Below, in pieces: positions 1 through 11,626 of a stretch of DNA of 43,486 bases. The notes under the pieces are model-generated. The model saw only the letters and a program-made list of their open reading frames with translations, had not been told where the DNA came from and ran no database searches. Position 1 is the first letter of the stretch. Each line of letters begins with the position of its first letter. Position numbers and translations under genes: made by a program. This DNA is from Barthelona sp. PAP020. Lineage: Eukaryota. The DNA is taken from contig JARQWU010000062.1 in NCBI GenBank assembly GCA_040182905.1, positions 1-43,486 of the forward strand. Reading direction: 5' to 3'.

Positions 1-864
1 AACCACTCATTTAGAGAATTCAATTATCGTAAAAAAATAATTATATGGTAAGAAGAAAAGAACTCCATACTTGAAGAAATTCTCTGGCAAGAATTTTCTT
101 ATTGTCATTCCATGATTACTATCAAAAGAATTCATGTAGTAATTCAAAATGAGCTTAACTTATTAAATGTTGTTAAAAGAATTGAAATATCAATGAAATG
201 AATAATGATGGTAAAAAAAAAAACAGAAATTATGACTACTCAATTCTCACCATTTTTGACCTTTAGAAAGCCCTCTTCTCTTTTGGATGAAAGCAACAAA
301 GTAAACAAAAGTCACATTTAGATTCAAAGAGATAAAATAATGTGAATTCATTTTATCATTATAATAATAACAGAGCAAAATTTCACATACGAAAAAGATT
401 TTAATTCTTTTTTTTAAGAATGAGGAGACTGTTGAAATTTCTCAAGCAAAAGACAGCACAGAAAACCCTATTGTCATCAACCCAACACAAAAACGTCAAT
501 ATTCAGCTTGACGGGTTAATATTAAATTACATAAATTCATTTTAAAGAATAATCTTTGTCAATTATCTTTTCAAATGCATTAATACATTAAATCTCCAAA
601 ACTACACGAAAAGGCGGTTGTTGATGGTCATAAACATGAATAGAAGTTTCCAATTCTGGAGAAAAGAGTATCAAAAATATTTATATGTTTGTTTGATGGA
701 AGAAAAAAAAAGTCACTTTGTTTTATGAGAGAATAAATCGAAATAAAATTGTGTTTGAATGCTTTTTTTGTTTTCAAAAATAAAAATCCAAAAAGATGTC
801 AAAAAAACAGATTTCTTGCAAACCAAATCTTAAAATACGGGAATCATTGACCATTTGAACAAAT

Positions 865-3800
865 TCAAGAGACAATATTTGAAGATTTATTCTCTATAAA
901 TAATCTATCGATCATACTTAAACCCAATGGTTTAAACACCCCAATATCCTCATTTTGCATTTGTAATACTTCAAAAGAAGTTGTTCCCAAAGGTAAGGTT
1001 CCACCAAAAATGATTCTTTCTGAAACTCCCGAACAAGGATCAAAAACGGTATTTGCAGCTGCAGCAAACAAATGATCAGTGGTTCTTTCAAAAGATGCAA
1101 GCATAAATGGAGAATCTCTTGTTTTCGCCAAACCAAAACGAGTAATACCCAAAACAGTGCCCATACATGTCATCGTATCAGCCAATAACATGGTATGTCT
1201 TCTATCTACGGTCATACCATGAGAACTCATAACGTTGGTAATTTCATTAATGATAGTAGCACGAGCAGCTTCAATTCCCAAAACTTCCATAACTTCCATC
1301 ACATGATTACATGTTGTAGCGATTCCAACAACTCCTGGTGTGTTCAAAACGTCTTTGAAATTAGTTCCTTCGACCAAAAGTTCATAACCTCCTTTCTGTT
1401 TATGAACAATTACTGCTCTACTCACATCTTCAATTCCACAAATACGAACACCAAGAATTTGTGATTTCAAAGTAGACATTAAATACAGAGGATTTCCCAT
1501 TTCAACTTCTTTTTTCTTGGTTAATTTTCCACTAATTGGATCATTTGGGAGATTGATGGTAATTAAAAGATCTTCCATAATAATAGCTTCAGGGTTCACA
1601 TTATAGCCTTCAAAAGTTTGAATGAATACACAGCCACTTATTGATTTGATAGGTATCTGATTAACAATTCCATTAATGATCATTTGTGGTGTTAATTCTA
1701 ATTGCAAATTGGCGACAGTTTTGAAATTTAAAACCAAACGCAAGGATAATTCTCCTCCACTAAATACTTCGGTAATTTCTGTACAAACATCACCAAGAGT
1801 AGTTGTTTCAACCCTACCTTTTACTATTCTAGCAGCCTTAACATCATTTTCATTAACTAATTGAGTTGTGATTATTGGTGTGGATATTTTATTGTTGGCA
1901 TTGATAATTTCTTTGATACGTGGAACACCCAAAGTGATGTTCATACTGGCTACACCAGCAAAATGGAAGGTTTTCAAAGTCATTTGAGTACAAGGTTCTC
2001 CAATAGCCATACCAGCCAAGGCACCAACAGCAGTACCTGCTTCAATTCTTCCTTGATGGAATAAATTCAAAACTTTACGTAAAAATATCTTTATTTGAGT
2101 GGAAGTTATCCTAAATAAAGTGTAGATAATTTGATCAATGTCATATTCTTGATATCTATCTTCAATGTTCTCTAATTGTCCTATTATATTCTTTTCAATA
2201 AAATTAATTAATGAATTGTAAAATCCACTGTTTAAATCTCGAGCAATTTCTTCACTTGGTATCCCTAACTTCAATAAAGTGTCTTCAATAGCTTTTAATT
2301 CGTCTTTTTGCATATGTTCAATCATTTCTTTTGCTTCAGGATTGTTTTGCAATTCTTCATTGACTATATCCATAATTTCATCCGATCTTAAGTGTGGTTC
2401 ATTTGAACAAGGATATGAAGATCGTGTAGAAGTCAAAACACGGCTAAAATTAACCAAACAATCATCAGTTTGCATTTGCTTTGGATCTAACCCATCAACT
2501 CCAAACTTTAATTGCATCATTTTCCCCATGGAACTTCGAACAGATCCATCATAACGCACACTTAAGTCTTCCAAAGACTTCATCAAACGTCTTTGCATAT
2601 ATCCAGTTTCTGCAGTTTTAACAGCAGTATCAACCAAACCTTCTCTTCCAGCCATAGTATGGAAGAACATTTCTTCAGGTTCTAAACCAGTAAAAAATGA
2701 ATTGGCAACAAATCCTTTAGCTTTGGGACCCCTTGCATAAAAAGGAAAATGTGGCAAAGTTCTATCAATAAATCCAAATGGTGCACGTGAACCATTAACA
2801 GTTTGTTGTCCAACACATGCAACCATTTGAGAAATATTAATTTTTGACCCTTTGGAACCAGATAAAGTCATAATCATAGGTGAATTTGTCCAATGAAGAT
2901 GATCTAAACATATTTTACCCGCATCTTCTCTCACTTGTGAAAGAGAACGATTCACAAGTGCTTCTAAAGTTTCTTCCATAGAACAACCAGGTTGAGGCAC
3001 CAATTTTCCAGCTTTCCAATCCTGAATTAGTTCTTCAGTCTCTTTATAACCAGCCTCTAATAGATTCTGTTTAGCAGCAGTTAATCTTTCATCAGGCATT
3101 ACATCACTAATTCCAATAGAAAAACCACGATTCATCAACCAACGTGATGTGATTTTGGTGAAACGTTTCATAATATCTGCTGTTGTTCTTAATCCATGGG
3201 TTGTTCTCAACACATAAAACAAAGAATTCTTTGATCCACCTCCAATTGTTGTTTTACCAATATTACCAGACATCAATTCTGATTTTCTTAAACATACGTA
3301 TCCATCATAAGGACACATAACTGGATTTGAACTGCGAGAACTCCCTTTGAAATTTCGCTCTTTTACAACAAGGTCAAAAAGTTCCTCTGTTGATCCTTCA
3401 ATATAATTTTGAGGCTTTAAAAGAGTTGATATTACTTGTTTTCCAGTCCATAATTCAATTGGTTTCAAAATAGCAGGTGGAGGCAAATCAATTTTCATAT
3501 TCGCATCGAATGCCCCAGCAATAAACTGAGTAAAATGCGATTTATCAAAAAATTGATTTTTCTGTGTAATAAGAAATGCTGCACTCAAAAAGTCTTGAGT
3601 ACAAGCAATTAAAGGTTCACCATTCTTTGGTGTAACCATGTTTTGTAAAGAATGCATGATAATTTTAGCTTCTGCTCTGGCTGCATATGTTTGGGGAAAA
3701 TGAAGATTCATCTCATCTCCATCAAAATCTGCATTAAATGGTGAACAAACACACTCGTTAAATCTTAATGTTCTCCAAGGCATGACTTTAGCTCTAAAAG

Positions 3801-5262
3801 CCATGATTGATAATGTATGTAGGGATGGTTGTCTGTTAAAAAGAACAATATCATCGTTGACCAAATGTCGTTCAACAATATCACCAAAACGAAGAGAATT
3901 TGCTGCAGCTTCTCGATTACCAAACCCTAAAAAGACTTTTTGTCCATTTGCTCGATGTATACTATTTGCACCAGGATGTTCATGAGGTCCTTTGCGAACA
4001 CATTCTTGTAAAACTTCAATATTATATCGGTTAACAACCTCTGGAAAAGTTAATATCTTAGCCATACGTTTAGGTACACAAACCTGATCAATGTCAACAT
4101 TTGGATCTGGAGAAATAACAGTTCTACCAGAAAAATTGACTCTTTTTCCCGACAAATTTCCACGGAAACGACCCTTCTTACCTTTCAACCGTTGACACAA
4201 AGAACGTGAAGGCTTCATCTTTTGACGAGTATTTGGTGTGACATAGGAAGAAATTTCACTATTAAAAAATAGGGAGACTGTATCTTGTAAATAATCCCAT
4301 TGTTCTTGAATAGCTTGAACTGGTAAACCCTTTTCTACACTATCTTCTAACGTATTATTGATATGAATGACATCTGCAAGTCTAATGGTGAGATCATCTT
4401 CATTGCTACCTCGGTAATCCATCTGAACACTGGGTCGAATACAAATAGGTGGTACAGCCACGGTATTGAGTATAAAATTCTTTGGGTGCCCAAATTTAGG
4501 ATCCATATTTAATAACTTAATATCCTCTTGTCTAATATTTTTGAATAAAAGTTCAACTCTCACAGGAGTCAATACTTCAACTGCATTTTTAACATATGTT
4601 TTTAATTCAGGATTTTCATTTTCAGCAACAGCTAGTTTTTCTTTCAAATCATCCATCAAAAGATCACCAATATCATCACGAAATTTTTGATGTACAATCT
4701 TATGTGTACCAGGCAATCTTTTAACCAAATGGTTGAAAGCATGACAGTGTGGACATTCAACACCTTTTGTTTCAGCCCGCATTAATTTGAATGTTGACCT
4801 TGCATTTTTAAAATCTCCAATTTTACGACGAGATTCAATGTTTTTTTTATAAAACACATATCTTTCAGGGGTTAATAATATTCTAGAACAATTTTTACAT
4901 ATTATATTCAATATATCAATAATATTAGGAATATATCCAATATGAAAAACAGGTTTGCAAAGATTAATATATGCAAAATGTCCTGGACATTCTTCTAACC
5001 TTTTTCCACAAGTTTTACACAATGCACTTTTGGAACTAATTCCTAATCTGGGATCTAATACTCCATTAAATGAAGGTTCTCTTGTAGAAACATCATATAA
5101 ATCTCGTTTTTGAGCTTGAAATTGTGATGTTCTTTGCATATCTTGAGGACCAAATAATGAAAATTGTACTCCATCACTAAAAAATTAGAATTATTGAAAA
5201 TATCACTCAATATACATGAATCTTGGTGTTTGATCTGATGATACAACTTGTAATGGAACCAT
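865..5262 (-). CDS. POLR3A: DNA-directed RNA polymerase III largest subunit (RPC1); two exons, 5216-5262 and 865-5176, 1452 aa
   Basis: Zn-binding CxxC...CPGHF, catalytic NADFDGD, TLKTFHFAGVASMNITLGVPRIKEIINA and FERTTDHLF motifs, and no heptad CTD, so Pol III rather than Pol II. Removing a 39-nt GT-AG intron extends the track ORF to MVPLQVVSSDQTPRFIDGVQFSLFGPQDMQR, which resembles an RPC1 N-terminus. Confidence 0.96.
5177..5215 (-). other. spliceosomal intron, 39 nt, phase 2 (RPC1)
   Basis: Sequence GTATATTGAGTGATATTTTCAATAATTCTAATTTTTTAG. Contains an in-frame TGA; removal restores the ORF. Confidence 0.88.
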
Positions 5263-5548
5263 TCAAATTATAAAAAAACAATTAATTAAAATATTATTGA
5301 TAATTTATTTATTTCGATATAGTTAACAATGTTGATTGATAGAACTGATCAATTTGAATAAAATTTCTTCTAATTGAAGTTGCACAAATTTCATTTTAAT
5401 GAAAGCAGTGCTTAAAAGGAATATTCAAATATTTGAAAAGAAAAAGTAAAACATGATTCTTTTTCTTTGTGAATGCTTTATTGCTACAAATTAAGAATAG
5501 AGAAAAAAAAAAAACTATCAAATACATTTATGAACTTGCTTCTTTTGA

Positions 5549-6448
5549 TCAATTATGCCTTTTCATTACTGAATGAATGTCATGAAAATCATCTAAGGAA
5601 TATTGGACAAACTCTAATAAATGATTAATATTTTCCTCATCAATTTCCTCATCGTGATAAATGTAAGCCATTATAAATGCAAGAAACATTTTTTGATTTT
5701 TGTCAAAAACAGGGATTGCACAATTTTCAAAACGACACAAACTGCAAAAAGATATTATATCAGGCTGATATTTTGTGGCACAATCAATTATTTTATGTTT
5801 TTGAATATCAAATAAGCCATCTACCATCTGATTTTTAAGTAATTCATAAGGGTGATCTTTAGTGACTAAAGTGTGAGTTCTTTTATTAAACTTCCCTGCA
5901 TGCATTCTTTCAGCATATGTGGGACTAATATTTAACATGACAAAATCCATTTGATTGATTTTTGCCATTGATGAAGATTTTATAACAGTAAGAGATTCTT
6001 TTGGTTTAAAAATTTCAGCATCATAATCAATATTTTTTTGTGGCATTGACACTGATGTATTTATTACAGGATTAACATTCTCTGTTACATCTAATTTTCT
6101 TTGAACTATTTCAGTTTCAATTTCACTCTTAATAAATGAAGGAATTTCTTCATGAGTATGAAATAAATATGATTCATTTTTTAAATTTAATATTCGGAAC
6201 TTTTCTGTTTGTTCAAAACATTTTAGACTACAATAAAATTCACAAACAAAATCATTGGGTTGAATAATTTTATTTGAACAATAGGGGCATCCACATTTAT
6301 CTAATAAATGCCTCTCATTTACCAATTCCATAAAATTATCCGAAGACAAATATTCACCACATTGTTTTAATTCTTTAAAAGTAACATCTTCTATTATTTT
6401 TTCACATATCAAATCATGGATTTTCTTCACTGTTGTATCTGGTAACAT
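5549..6448 (-). CDS. RPAP2: RPAP2/Rtr1-like zinc-finger protein (putative RNA polymerase II CTD phosphatase / biogenesis factor)
   Basis: N-terminal ELVNER..DKCGCPYC...YCSLKCF matches the Rtr1/RPAP2 ER-CGYPLC...FCSxxC pattern; the C-terminal part is not recognised. Confidence 0.7.
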   Translation of the reverse strand: MLPDTTVKKIHDLICEKIIEDVTFKELKQCGEYLSSDNFMELVNERHLLDKCGCPYCSNKIIQPNDFVCEFYCSLKCFEQTEKFRILNLKNESYLFHTHEEIPSFIKSEIETEIVQRKLDVTENVNPVINTSVSMPQKNIDYDAEIFKPKESLTVIKSSSMAKINQMDFVMLNISPTYAERMHAGKFNKRTHTLVTKDHPYELLKNQMVDGLFDIQKHKIIDCATKYQPDIISFCSLCRFENCAIPVFDKNQKMFLAFIMAYIYHDEEIDEENINHLLEFVQYSLDDFHDIHSVMKRHN

Positions 6449-6496
6449 GAAAAATATTCAAAAAAAAGCTTATTATACACAAACATTTTATTTGGA

Positions 6497-7303
6497 TTAA
6501 ATAGTAAATTGATAGACAACACTTTGTTTACTTTCAACAACAAAATAATTTCCATTACGATAATGAACATCGGTAATATGGTGTACCTTTTCATGAGTAG
6601 GTGGAATATCAATAGATCTAGAAAGTGTTCCATCCTTACTTAACAAGAGTACTCTTCCTTGTGGGGTATTTTGGGAAAAATCAGATTGACCAACAATAAC
6701 AAAACGGTCGTTTATGGTAAGGGCAGTGGGTCCAAATCCCCCAGATAATTGAGCGAAAACGCTTGTTTGAAATACACCAGTAGGATATTGAGTTATCTTT
6801 AAAATGCGATTCATACTCGTTTCAGCCACATAAATGTCCCCATCAGGAGATACAGCAATTGATGAAGGATAAGCTAAACAATTTTGAAGTGCTACAACAA
6901 GGAAAGACCTCTTTTTGACAACATAAACTGAACCTTGAGGTTTTTGAATTCCAGTTTCCCCAAGTGGACCCGAATCGGTAAACACAAGTCCATCTATCGT
7001 CATTTGAACACAAGAAGGACCTTTAAACATTTCATCACCGGAATCCTTTAAAAAATCAAATAAAGACTCACCATCAAAACACAAAACTGATTTGTGAACA
7101 AGATCAGCAATATACATATGATCTTCTTCGTCAAAACATATTGAAAATGGTGATCCTCCAGTGTTTGCAATCATTTCAAATGTGTTGCCATCTTTCATTT
7201 TGTAAATTGCACCCATCGTTTGACAACAACAATGCATAACACCATGTGAATCAAAGGCAATACTCGTGATATTACCATCAGTAAGTTCAATATATACTTG
7301 CAT
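6497..7303 (-). CDS. SMP-30/gluconolactonase/strictosidine synthase-like beta-propeller protein
   Basis: Repeated propeller-blade motifs: PFSICFDEEDHMYIAD, GPSCV..GLVFTDSG, PSSIAVSPDGDIYVAET. Confidence 0.75.
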   Translation of the reverse strand: MQVYIELTDGNITSIAFDSHGVMHCCCQTMGAIYKMKDGNTFEMIANTGGSPFSICFDEEDHMYIADLVHKSVLCFDGESLFDFLKDSGDEMFKGPSCVQMTIDGLVFTDSGPLGETGIQKPQGSVYVVKKRSFLVVALQNCLAYPSSIAVSPDGDIYVAETSMNRILKITQYPTGVFQTSVFAQLSGGFGPTALTINDRFVIVGQSDFSQNTPQGRVLLLSKDGTLSRSIDIPPTHEKVHHITDVHYRNGNYFVVESKQSVVYQFTI

Positions 7304-7344
7304 TCAAACAAAAAAGATGATACAATTTTTTATTCCAATTTACA

Positions 7345-8085
7345 ATGTTACCCACTGAAACGAATATTGAAGATGAATTAATATCACCTAATGAAGAAAA
7401 TGTGAAAGAACAATCTGATTTTCAACTTAATATTGGAAGCGCTGTAACATCTTTCATCGCGAAGAAGGCTTTTGATGAAGGGAAAGAAAAGTTAACTAGT
7501 TGTGCACGTTTATATGGAAATATAGATAAGATCAGACCATATTTTGATACTGATTTACCAATTGTTTTTGACAATGTGAAAAGTACCTTCTTTTTTTGGA
7601 AAAATGAGAATATCTCTGGTGCTAAGCAACCAGAACTTTACGGACCCGCCGTAATTGCATTTACTTTGGCTTTTTTGATGGCCAATGCAATGAAATCTGG
7701 TGATAAAAGTTTACATGGAAGAGTTGCTAGTGGCACTTATACTGGTACAGCACTTGGTGCAGTTTGTTCATATATAACCCTTGGAACACTTATTTTAAGT
7801 GGTTTATCTTGGTTTTTTGGTGGGTCATTTAAACTCATTCAAGCTTTACATAACATTGGATATTCAATGCTTTCAATGACAATATTAGCATTGATTCAAT
7901 CCTTGCATATTTTGACTTTAACTTCAATTGTATTCATTGTTACTTTAGTCCCATCAAGTATTTCTCTATTTCAAAAGTTAAAACCTCTTGCACAAGAGAA
8001 ATCAGTTGCATACGCAAGCATTGGTGTGGCTATACATGCCATTTTTCAATTGTGTGTAGTTTTTATTTGCAGGATGACCTCATGA
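7345..8085 (+). CDS. YIPF3: Yip1-domain Golgi membrane protein, YIPF3-like
   Basis: LYGNIDKIRPYFD, ELYGP..IAFTL and GTYTGTALG motifs resemble YIPF3; about 5 hydrophobic segments. Confidence 0.75.
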   Translation: MLPTETNIEDELISPNEENVKEQSDFQLNIGSAVTSFIAKKAFDEGKEKLTSCARLYGNIDKIRPYFDTDLPIVFDNVKSTFFFWKNENISGAKQPELYGPAVIAFTLAFLMANAMKSGDKSLHGRVASGTYTGTALGAVCSYITLGTLILSGLSWFFGGSFKLIQALHNIGYSMLSMTILALIQSLHILTLTSIVFIVTLVPSSISLFQKLKPLAQEKSVAYASIGVAIHAIFQLCVVFICRMTS

Positions 8086-8125
8086 TAAAATTCCAACTTC
8101 AATATTTTTTTTTTTTATACCAAAG

Positions 8126-9469
8126 ATGAATGATATTGTTGAACGTGGAGATAATTTATTGATATTACATAACTTCGAACGATTTTATCAGGTGATAGTT
8201 CATCCTTCCAAAAAATTCAAGGTTGACAGAAAAGAACATCCATCAATATTGTTGGAAGGCTTGAAATATAATGCTTGCTATGAATTTACTTCAAGAAAAC
8301 AGATAAAGATGGTAAAGTTTCCTCAATTATTGAAAGGTTATACCGATAATGTAACTGTTACTGGGGGAAATGAAGAGTTTTTTGATAGTGGTACTGCTCA
8401 ACAATTATCAGACAAGGAAATTAATCTATTAAAGACAGAGTCCAAAGTTGACAAAGAAGAATTAATTAAGACTATTGTTGACAATTCTTCAACTTTTGAA
8501 AAGAAAACAGAATTAGCTCAGCAGAAATACATTGAGAAAAAAATAGCTAAACACGTCAATTATATTGTAATTTATCGTCCCTCCTGGAATCTACTTGTTA
8601 GATCCATTCAGACAAAGAATCCTGGTTGGCAAGATGCATTTATTGCACCATTAGGATATTGCAGAAATTTTTTAAACCCTACGTCTAACCACAATTCAAT
8701 TCTTGTGTGGGATGCTGGTGTTGGTTTACTTACAGCAGGTGTTTGGGATTATGTGTTTGGGACAAATTTACCTAAAGAGAATGAAACAATGATTTGTCAA
8801 GCTCACTTGGGAAAAGGTCCGTCAATTGGTGGCGTACAATTGATTTCAAGTTCTTGTATTCCTATGAAGAATCTTCATCAACCTCTTGCTTATTTTTTGA
8901 AACATCTCAATGAAAAAACCTTTATTGATGATGGAAGAAACCATTTGTTGAGTGTTGGAGCTTTTACATTGCTGGCTTGGATATTGGGTAATCAATATGA
9001 TTCATCTATGATTCAGCAGAAAGTGTCTTTCAACGCTATTGGTGGTATGTTACCATCAGAAGACAATATTAGTCTTGCTATTCTTTTTTCCAGCTTGGCT
9101 TTGTTAAAACCTGGAGGCACTTTTTCTTTTGTATCTCATTCTGTGGAAGCCATTGCAAAATTCATTCAGTATAGTCGTGCTGCTGGTTTAACTGCTCATT
9201 CTTTTATTCATTCAGTAAAATCCATTGAAACCGTTGTTTTGCCATCAAGAACCAGAGAACCAACATGGGATAAGCTAGCGTCTAGTTATGTTGTTACTGG
9301 TCTTAGAGTTAATAATAATTTTAATGTCTCAAAAGTTTTGGAAGAATTGGAAATTGAGCATGAATTTAGCGAAATCCCAACAGAAGAATTTTTGGAACCT
9401 AAACCTGAGGAAAAGATTAAATTTATGATTGAAGAAGATACAAATGGAAAAAGAGAACCTGAATTGTGA
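8126..9469 (+). CDS. TRM6: tRNA (adenine58-N1)-methyltransferase non-catalytic subunit (Gcd10 family)
   Basis: AQQLSDKEINLLK...IVDNSSTFEKKTELAQQKYIEKK is the Gcd10/TRM6 signature region; VLPSRTREP near the C-terminus resembles VLPxRTHP. Confidence 0.82.
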   Translation: MNDIVERGDNLLILHNFERFYQVIVHPSKKFKVDRKEHPSILLEGLKYNACYEFTSRKQIKMVKFPQLLKGYTDNVTVTGGNEEFFDSGTAQQLSDKEINLLKTESKVDKEELIKTIVDNSSTFEKKTELAQQKYIEKKIAKHVNYIVIYRPSWNLLVRSIQTKNPGWQDAFIAPLGYCRNFLNPTSNHNSILVWDAGVGLLTAGVWDYVFGTNLPKENETMICQAHLGKGPSIGGVQLISSSCIPMKNLHQPLAYFLKHLNEKTFIDDGRNHLLSVGAFTLLAWILGNQYDSSMIQQKVSFNAIGGMLPSEDNISLAILFSSLALLKPGGTFSFVSHSVEAIAKFIQYSRAAGLTAHSFIHSVKSIETVVLPSRTREPTWDKLASSYVVTGLRVNNNFNVSKVLEELEIEHEFSEIPTEEFLEPKPEEKIKFMIEEDTNGKREPEL

Positions 9470-9659
9470 AGTATAAAAAAAATAAATCCATAAATTTAGT
9501 CATTATTTTTATTTCATGGTTAATAACTATTGTTTTGTTTTTTAAGTGTTTTCATTGATTTAAATAAACTTACATCAAATTATTGTGATGGAGGAAGAAT
9601 AAAAAAAACGTGAGGTTATAAAGGGTGAAGAATTTTTGTTTATTCTTTATCCTTTTTTA

Positions 9660-11354
9660 ATGGATACTTCTGAGACCTTTATTGGATATTACAAATTAAA
9701 GAGAACCATTGGTGGTGGTACTTTTGGTAAGGTTAAAGTTGCCGAACATGTTTTATCCGGACACAAAGTTGCTGTTAAAATTTTGAACAAAGCGAAAATA
9801 CGTACACTGAAAATGACAGACCAAGTTCAAAGAGAAATTAGAATATTGAAATTGTTCAATCATCCTCATATTGTTAGACTTTATGAAGTTATTGAAAATC
9901 CCCAAAATATATTTTTAGTTATGGAATTAGCTGCTGGAGGTGAGTTATTTAAACACATTAAAAAAAATGGAAAACTGGAGGAACCTACTGCTCGAAGATT
10001 TTTTCAACAGATAGTTGCTGGTGTTGATTACTGTCATCGTCACATGGTAGTCCATCGTGATTTGAAACCAGAGAATATCTTGTTGGATGCTCACAATAAT
10101 GTCAAAGTTTCTGATTTTGGTTTGTCAAATCTTTTGCCTGATGGTGATTTTTTGGAGACTTCATGTGGATCACCCAATTATGCAGCACCTGAAGTTATTG
10201 ATAATAAACCCTATGCAGGTCCAGCCATTGATGTTTGGTCGATAGGAGTCATGCTTTACACAATGGTTGTAGGAAAATATCCATTTGATGGTGAAACTTT
10301 GTCAGATTTATTTCACAATATTCGTTCAGCTCCATTACATTTTCCTCCAAATTTCTCTATTGAACTTAAAGATTTAATATTAGGGATGTTACATCGAGAT
10401 CCTGTTTCCCGTTTTAGTTTAGATGATATCAAAAGACATCAATGGTTTAAAAATGATATGCCTTCCTACATTGCAAGATTGTTGAAACAGCCCAACACTG
10501 AAGTTCGCAGTATTGATAATGATATTCTTGATAAGGTAGCAAAGCTTCATGTTGACAAATTGAACCGTGTATTCGATAGAGATAAAGCAATACGAGAATT
10601 ACGTGAAGGCAAGATGTCAAAAGAAACTGTCGCATACTATTTGTTTCAGGATAGTGATATTCGAACGAATTTAGATTCTGAAGATATTTACGATGATGAT
10701 CATGAATTTTCTCGAGTGGCAATGAATACTTTTATTATTGAAGATACGAGAGAAAATGGACATTCTCCATTATTTGATGGTGCACCTTCCTTGGATGATG
10801 ATTTAGATGATGTTAGAAATATGATAAAAGATGAGGAAGATGAGGATAATGACATAAAAAATGAAAAAAGTCCCATGGGCAGAACTGCCAGGGAAAATTT
10901 TAAAAGAAAGAGATTGCCTTCCATACCTGAGCTCAAGTTACAGCCTTTAAAGTCTGTAAAAACAATAGATAGCAAGGTAGCCCCAGAAAGTTCTGGAGAA
11001 AAAAAGTCAGATCAAAAATTGGAAAAACGTAAACGTAAACAATGGATGATTGGTTTCAGAACAAGATTTTCTTTGGCAGACGCAGTGAGAGAACTTTGCT
11101 TGACATTGAAGACATTAAATTGTACATGGGAAAATGTTTCTCCTTTTGAATACAGAGTAAAAATGGTTGATCCTAATCTTGAAGTTACAATTGAAGTTTT
11201 TAGGATCCCAGAAGGTAAGATGGAAGAAAATTTGCAAGAAAATTTGGTAGATCAATCAACAAAGCGTTTACTTTTTGATATAAGAAAGACCAAAGGTTCT
11301 GCTTTGCAATTTTTAGCTTTTTGTAATGCTTTATTACATAGTATTAACATTTAA
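9660..11354 (+). CDS. SNF1: AMP-activated protein kinase / SNF1 catalytic alpha subunit, 564 aa
   Basis: GGGTFGKVK, HRDLKPEN, DFGLSN, activation loop FLETSCGSPNYAAPE, and a C-terminal KA1-like region starting KQWMIG. The first ATG is at 9660; the track start at 9636 is a TTG. Confidence 0.92.
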   Translation: MDTSETFIGYYKLKRTIGGGTFGKVKVAEHVLSGHKVAVKILNKAKIRTLKMTDQVQREIRILKLFNHPHIVRLYEVIENPQNIFLVMELAAGGELFKHIKKNGKLEEPTARRFFQQIVAGVDYCHRHMVVHRDLKPENILLDAHNNVKVSDFGLSNLLPDGDFLETSCGSPNYAAPEVIDNKPYAGPAIDVWSIGVMLYTMVVGKYPFDGETLSDLFHNIRSAPLHFPPNFSIELKDLILGMLHRDPVSRFSLDDIKRHQWFKNDMPSYIARLLKQPNTEVRSIDNDILDKVAKLHVDKLNRVFDRDKAIRELREGKMSKETVAYYLFQDSDIRTNLDSEDIYDDDHEFSRVAMNTFIIEDTRENGHSPLFDGAPSLDDDLDDVRNMIKDEEDEDNDIKNEKSPMGRTARENFKRKRLPSIPELKLQPLKSVKTIDSKVAPESSGEKKSDQKLEKRKRKQWMIGFRTRFSLADAVRELCLTLKTLNCTWENVSPFEYRVKMVDPNLEVTIEVFRIPEGKMEENLQENLVDQSTKRLLFDIRKTKGSALQFLAFCNALLHSINI

Positions 11355-11626
11355 TTCATAATCTTATATTAATTTTTTTTAATTGGATAATGTATTAGTT
11401 GTGTAAATAAATATAATATTTTTTTGTGTATTTAATGATTTTCTATTTCTTTCAACAAATAAATCCTTTGAAATTAAAAAATTGTTTATAATATCACTTA
11501 ACACATATTTTTTTTCGAACATTATGGTTAACAATATTAAAGGATTGAAGAGATTTTGATTTTTAAAAAAGAACACTTTTCAAATTTTTATTTTTTATCT
11601 GCATTTTTTATCGGATTTCTTTTAAA

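Noticed and set aside
1..864. Possible gene or element in the AT-rich left end (an ATG on the minus strand at position 10 points out of the window)
   Set aside because: No ORF of 60 aa or more, no intron with the local consensus and no recognisable RNA; three codons cannot support a call.
865..6448. Adjacency of RPC1 and RPAP2-like as a functional RNA polymerase cluster; likewise several flagellar genes in the window
   Set aside because: Neighbouring genes are functionally mixed, so chance adjacency in a compact genome is sufficient without synteny data.
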